Shown piece after piece: positions 55,590-55,693 of a stretch of DNA of 55,693 nt. Within the stretch, counting starts at the first letter, position 1; the number at the start of each line of letters is the position of its first letter. The stretch covers positions 1 through 55,693 of the IMG/VR virus record IMGVR_UViG_3300022696_000140; one strand, written 5' to 3'. Both the position numbers and the translations under genes were made by a program. The stretch is from a virus (taxonomy: Duplodnaviria > Caudoviricetes). Under the pieces are notes generated by a model. It had not been told where the DNA came from. It did not search any database and saw only the letters and a list, made by a program, of their open reading frames with translations.

Positions 55590-55693
55590 ATGGATAGTTT
55601 AATTAGTTTGTTAGAAAATAAAGAGTATTCTACTCTTAAAGAAAAAATCAACGAAATGGTTTCTGATAAGATTGTTAAGAAAATCGATGAGTT
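55590..55693 (+). CDS. Partial ORF, probable prohead core protein (gp67-like position)
   Basis: MDSLISLLENKEYSTLKEKINEMV...; directly after portal; truncated by window. Confidence 0.5.
   Translation, partial: MDSLISLLENKEYSTLKEKINEMVSDKIVKKIDE

Overview
A ~56 kb AT-rich fragment of a T4-like (Tevenvirinae-type gene set, very divergent) myophage genome in the standard genetic code. Positions 1-44 kb are almost all on the minus strand: an accessory/early region (1-12 kb) with tRNAs, Hsp20 and many small ORFs, followed by a nucleotide-metabolism, DNA-modification and replication block (dNMP kinase, gp62/44/45, thyA, class II RNR, RNase H, primase, gp32, gp41, UvsX, gp43, gp47/55/46). After a ~1 kb structured non-coding switch region, the plus strand carries UvsW and structural genes (a gp14-domain fusion, gp2, portal gp20). 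Main findings from reading by hand: (1) the apparently ORF-free 167-1889 interval is a tandem array of 12 tightly packed 41-51 aa microprotein ORFs sharing a Y-L-x-T-x-N-x-x-[FYH]-R-x6-F N-terminal motif with hypervariable tails, mostly below the ORF-track cutoff; (2) an integron-like cassette cluster with attC-like sites at 7.3-9.2 kb; (3) six copies of a promoter+stem-loop cassette; (4) a PAPS-reductase/ectoine-synthase-like/ParB operon and a CmoA-like + C5-methyltransferase pair, both candidate DNA-modification systems; (5) a gp14 neck domain fused to a ~20-repeat stalk. All product calls come from recalled family motifs and synteny, not database searches.
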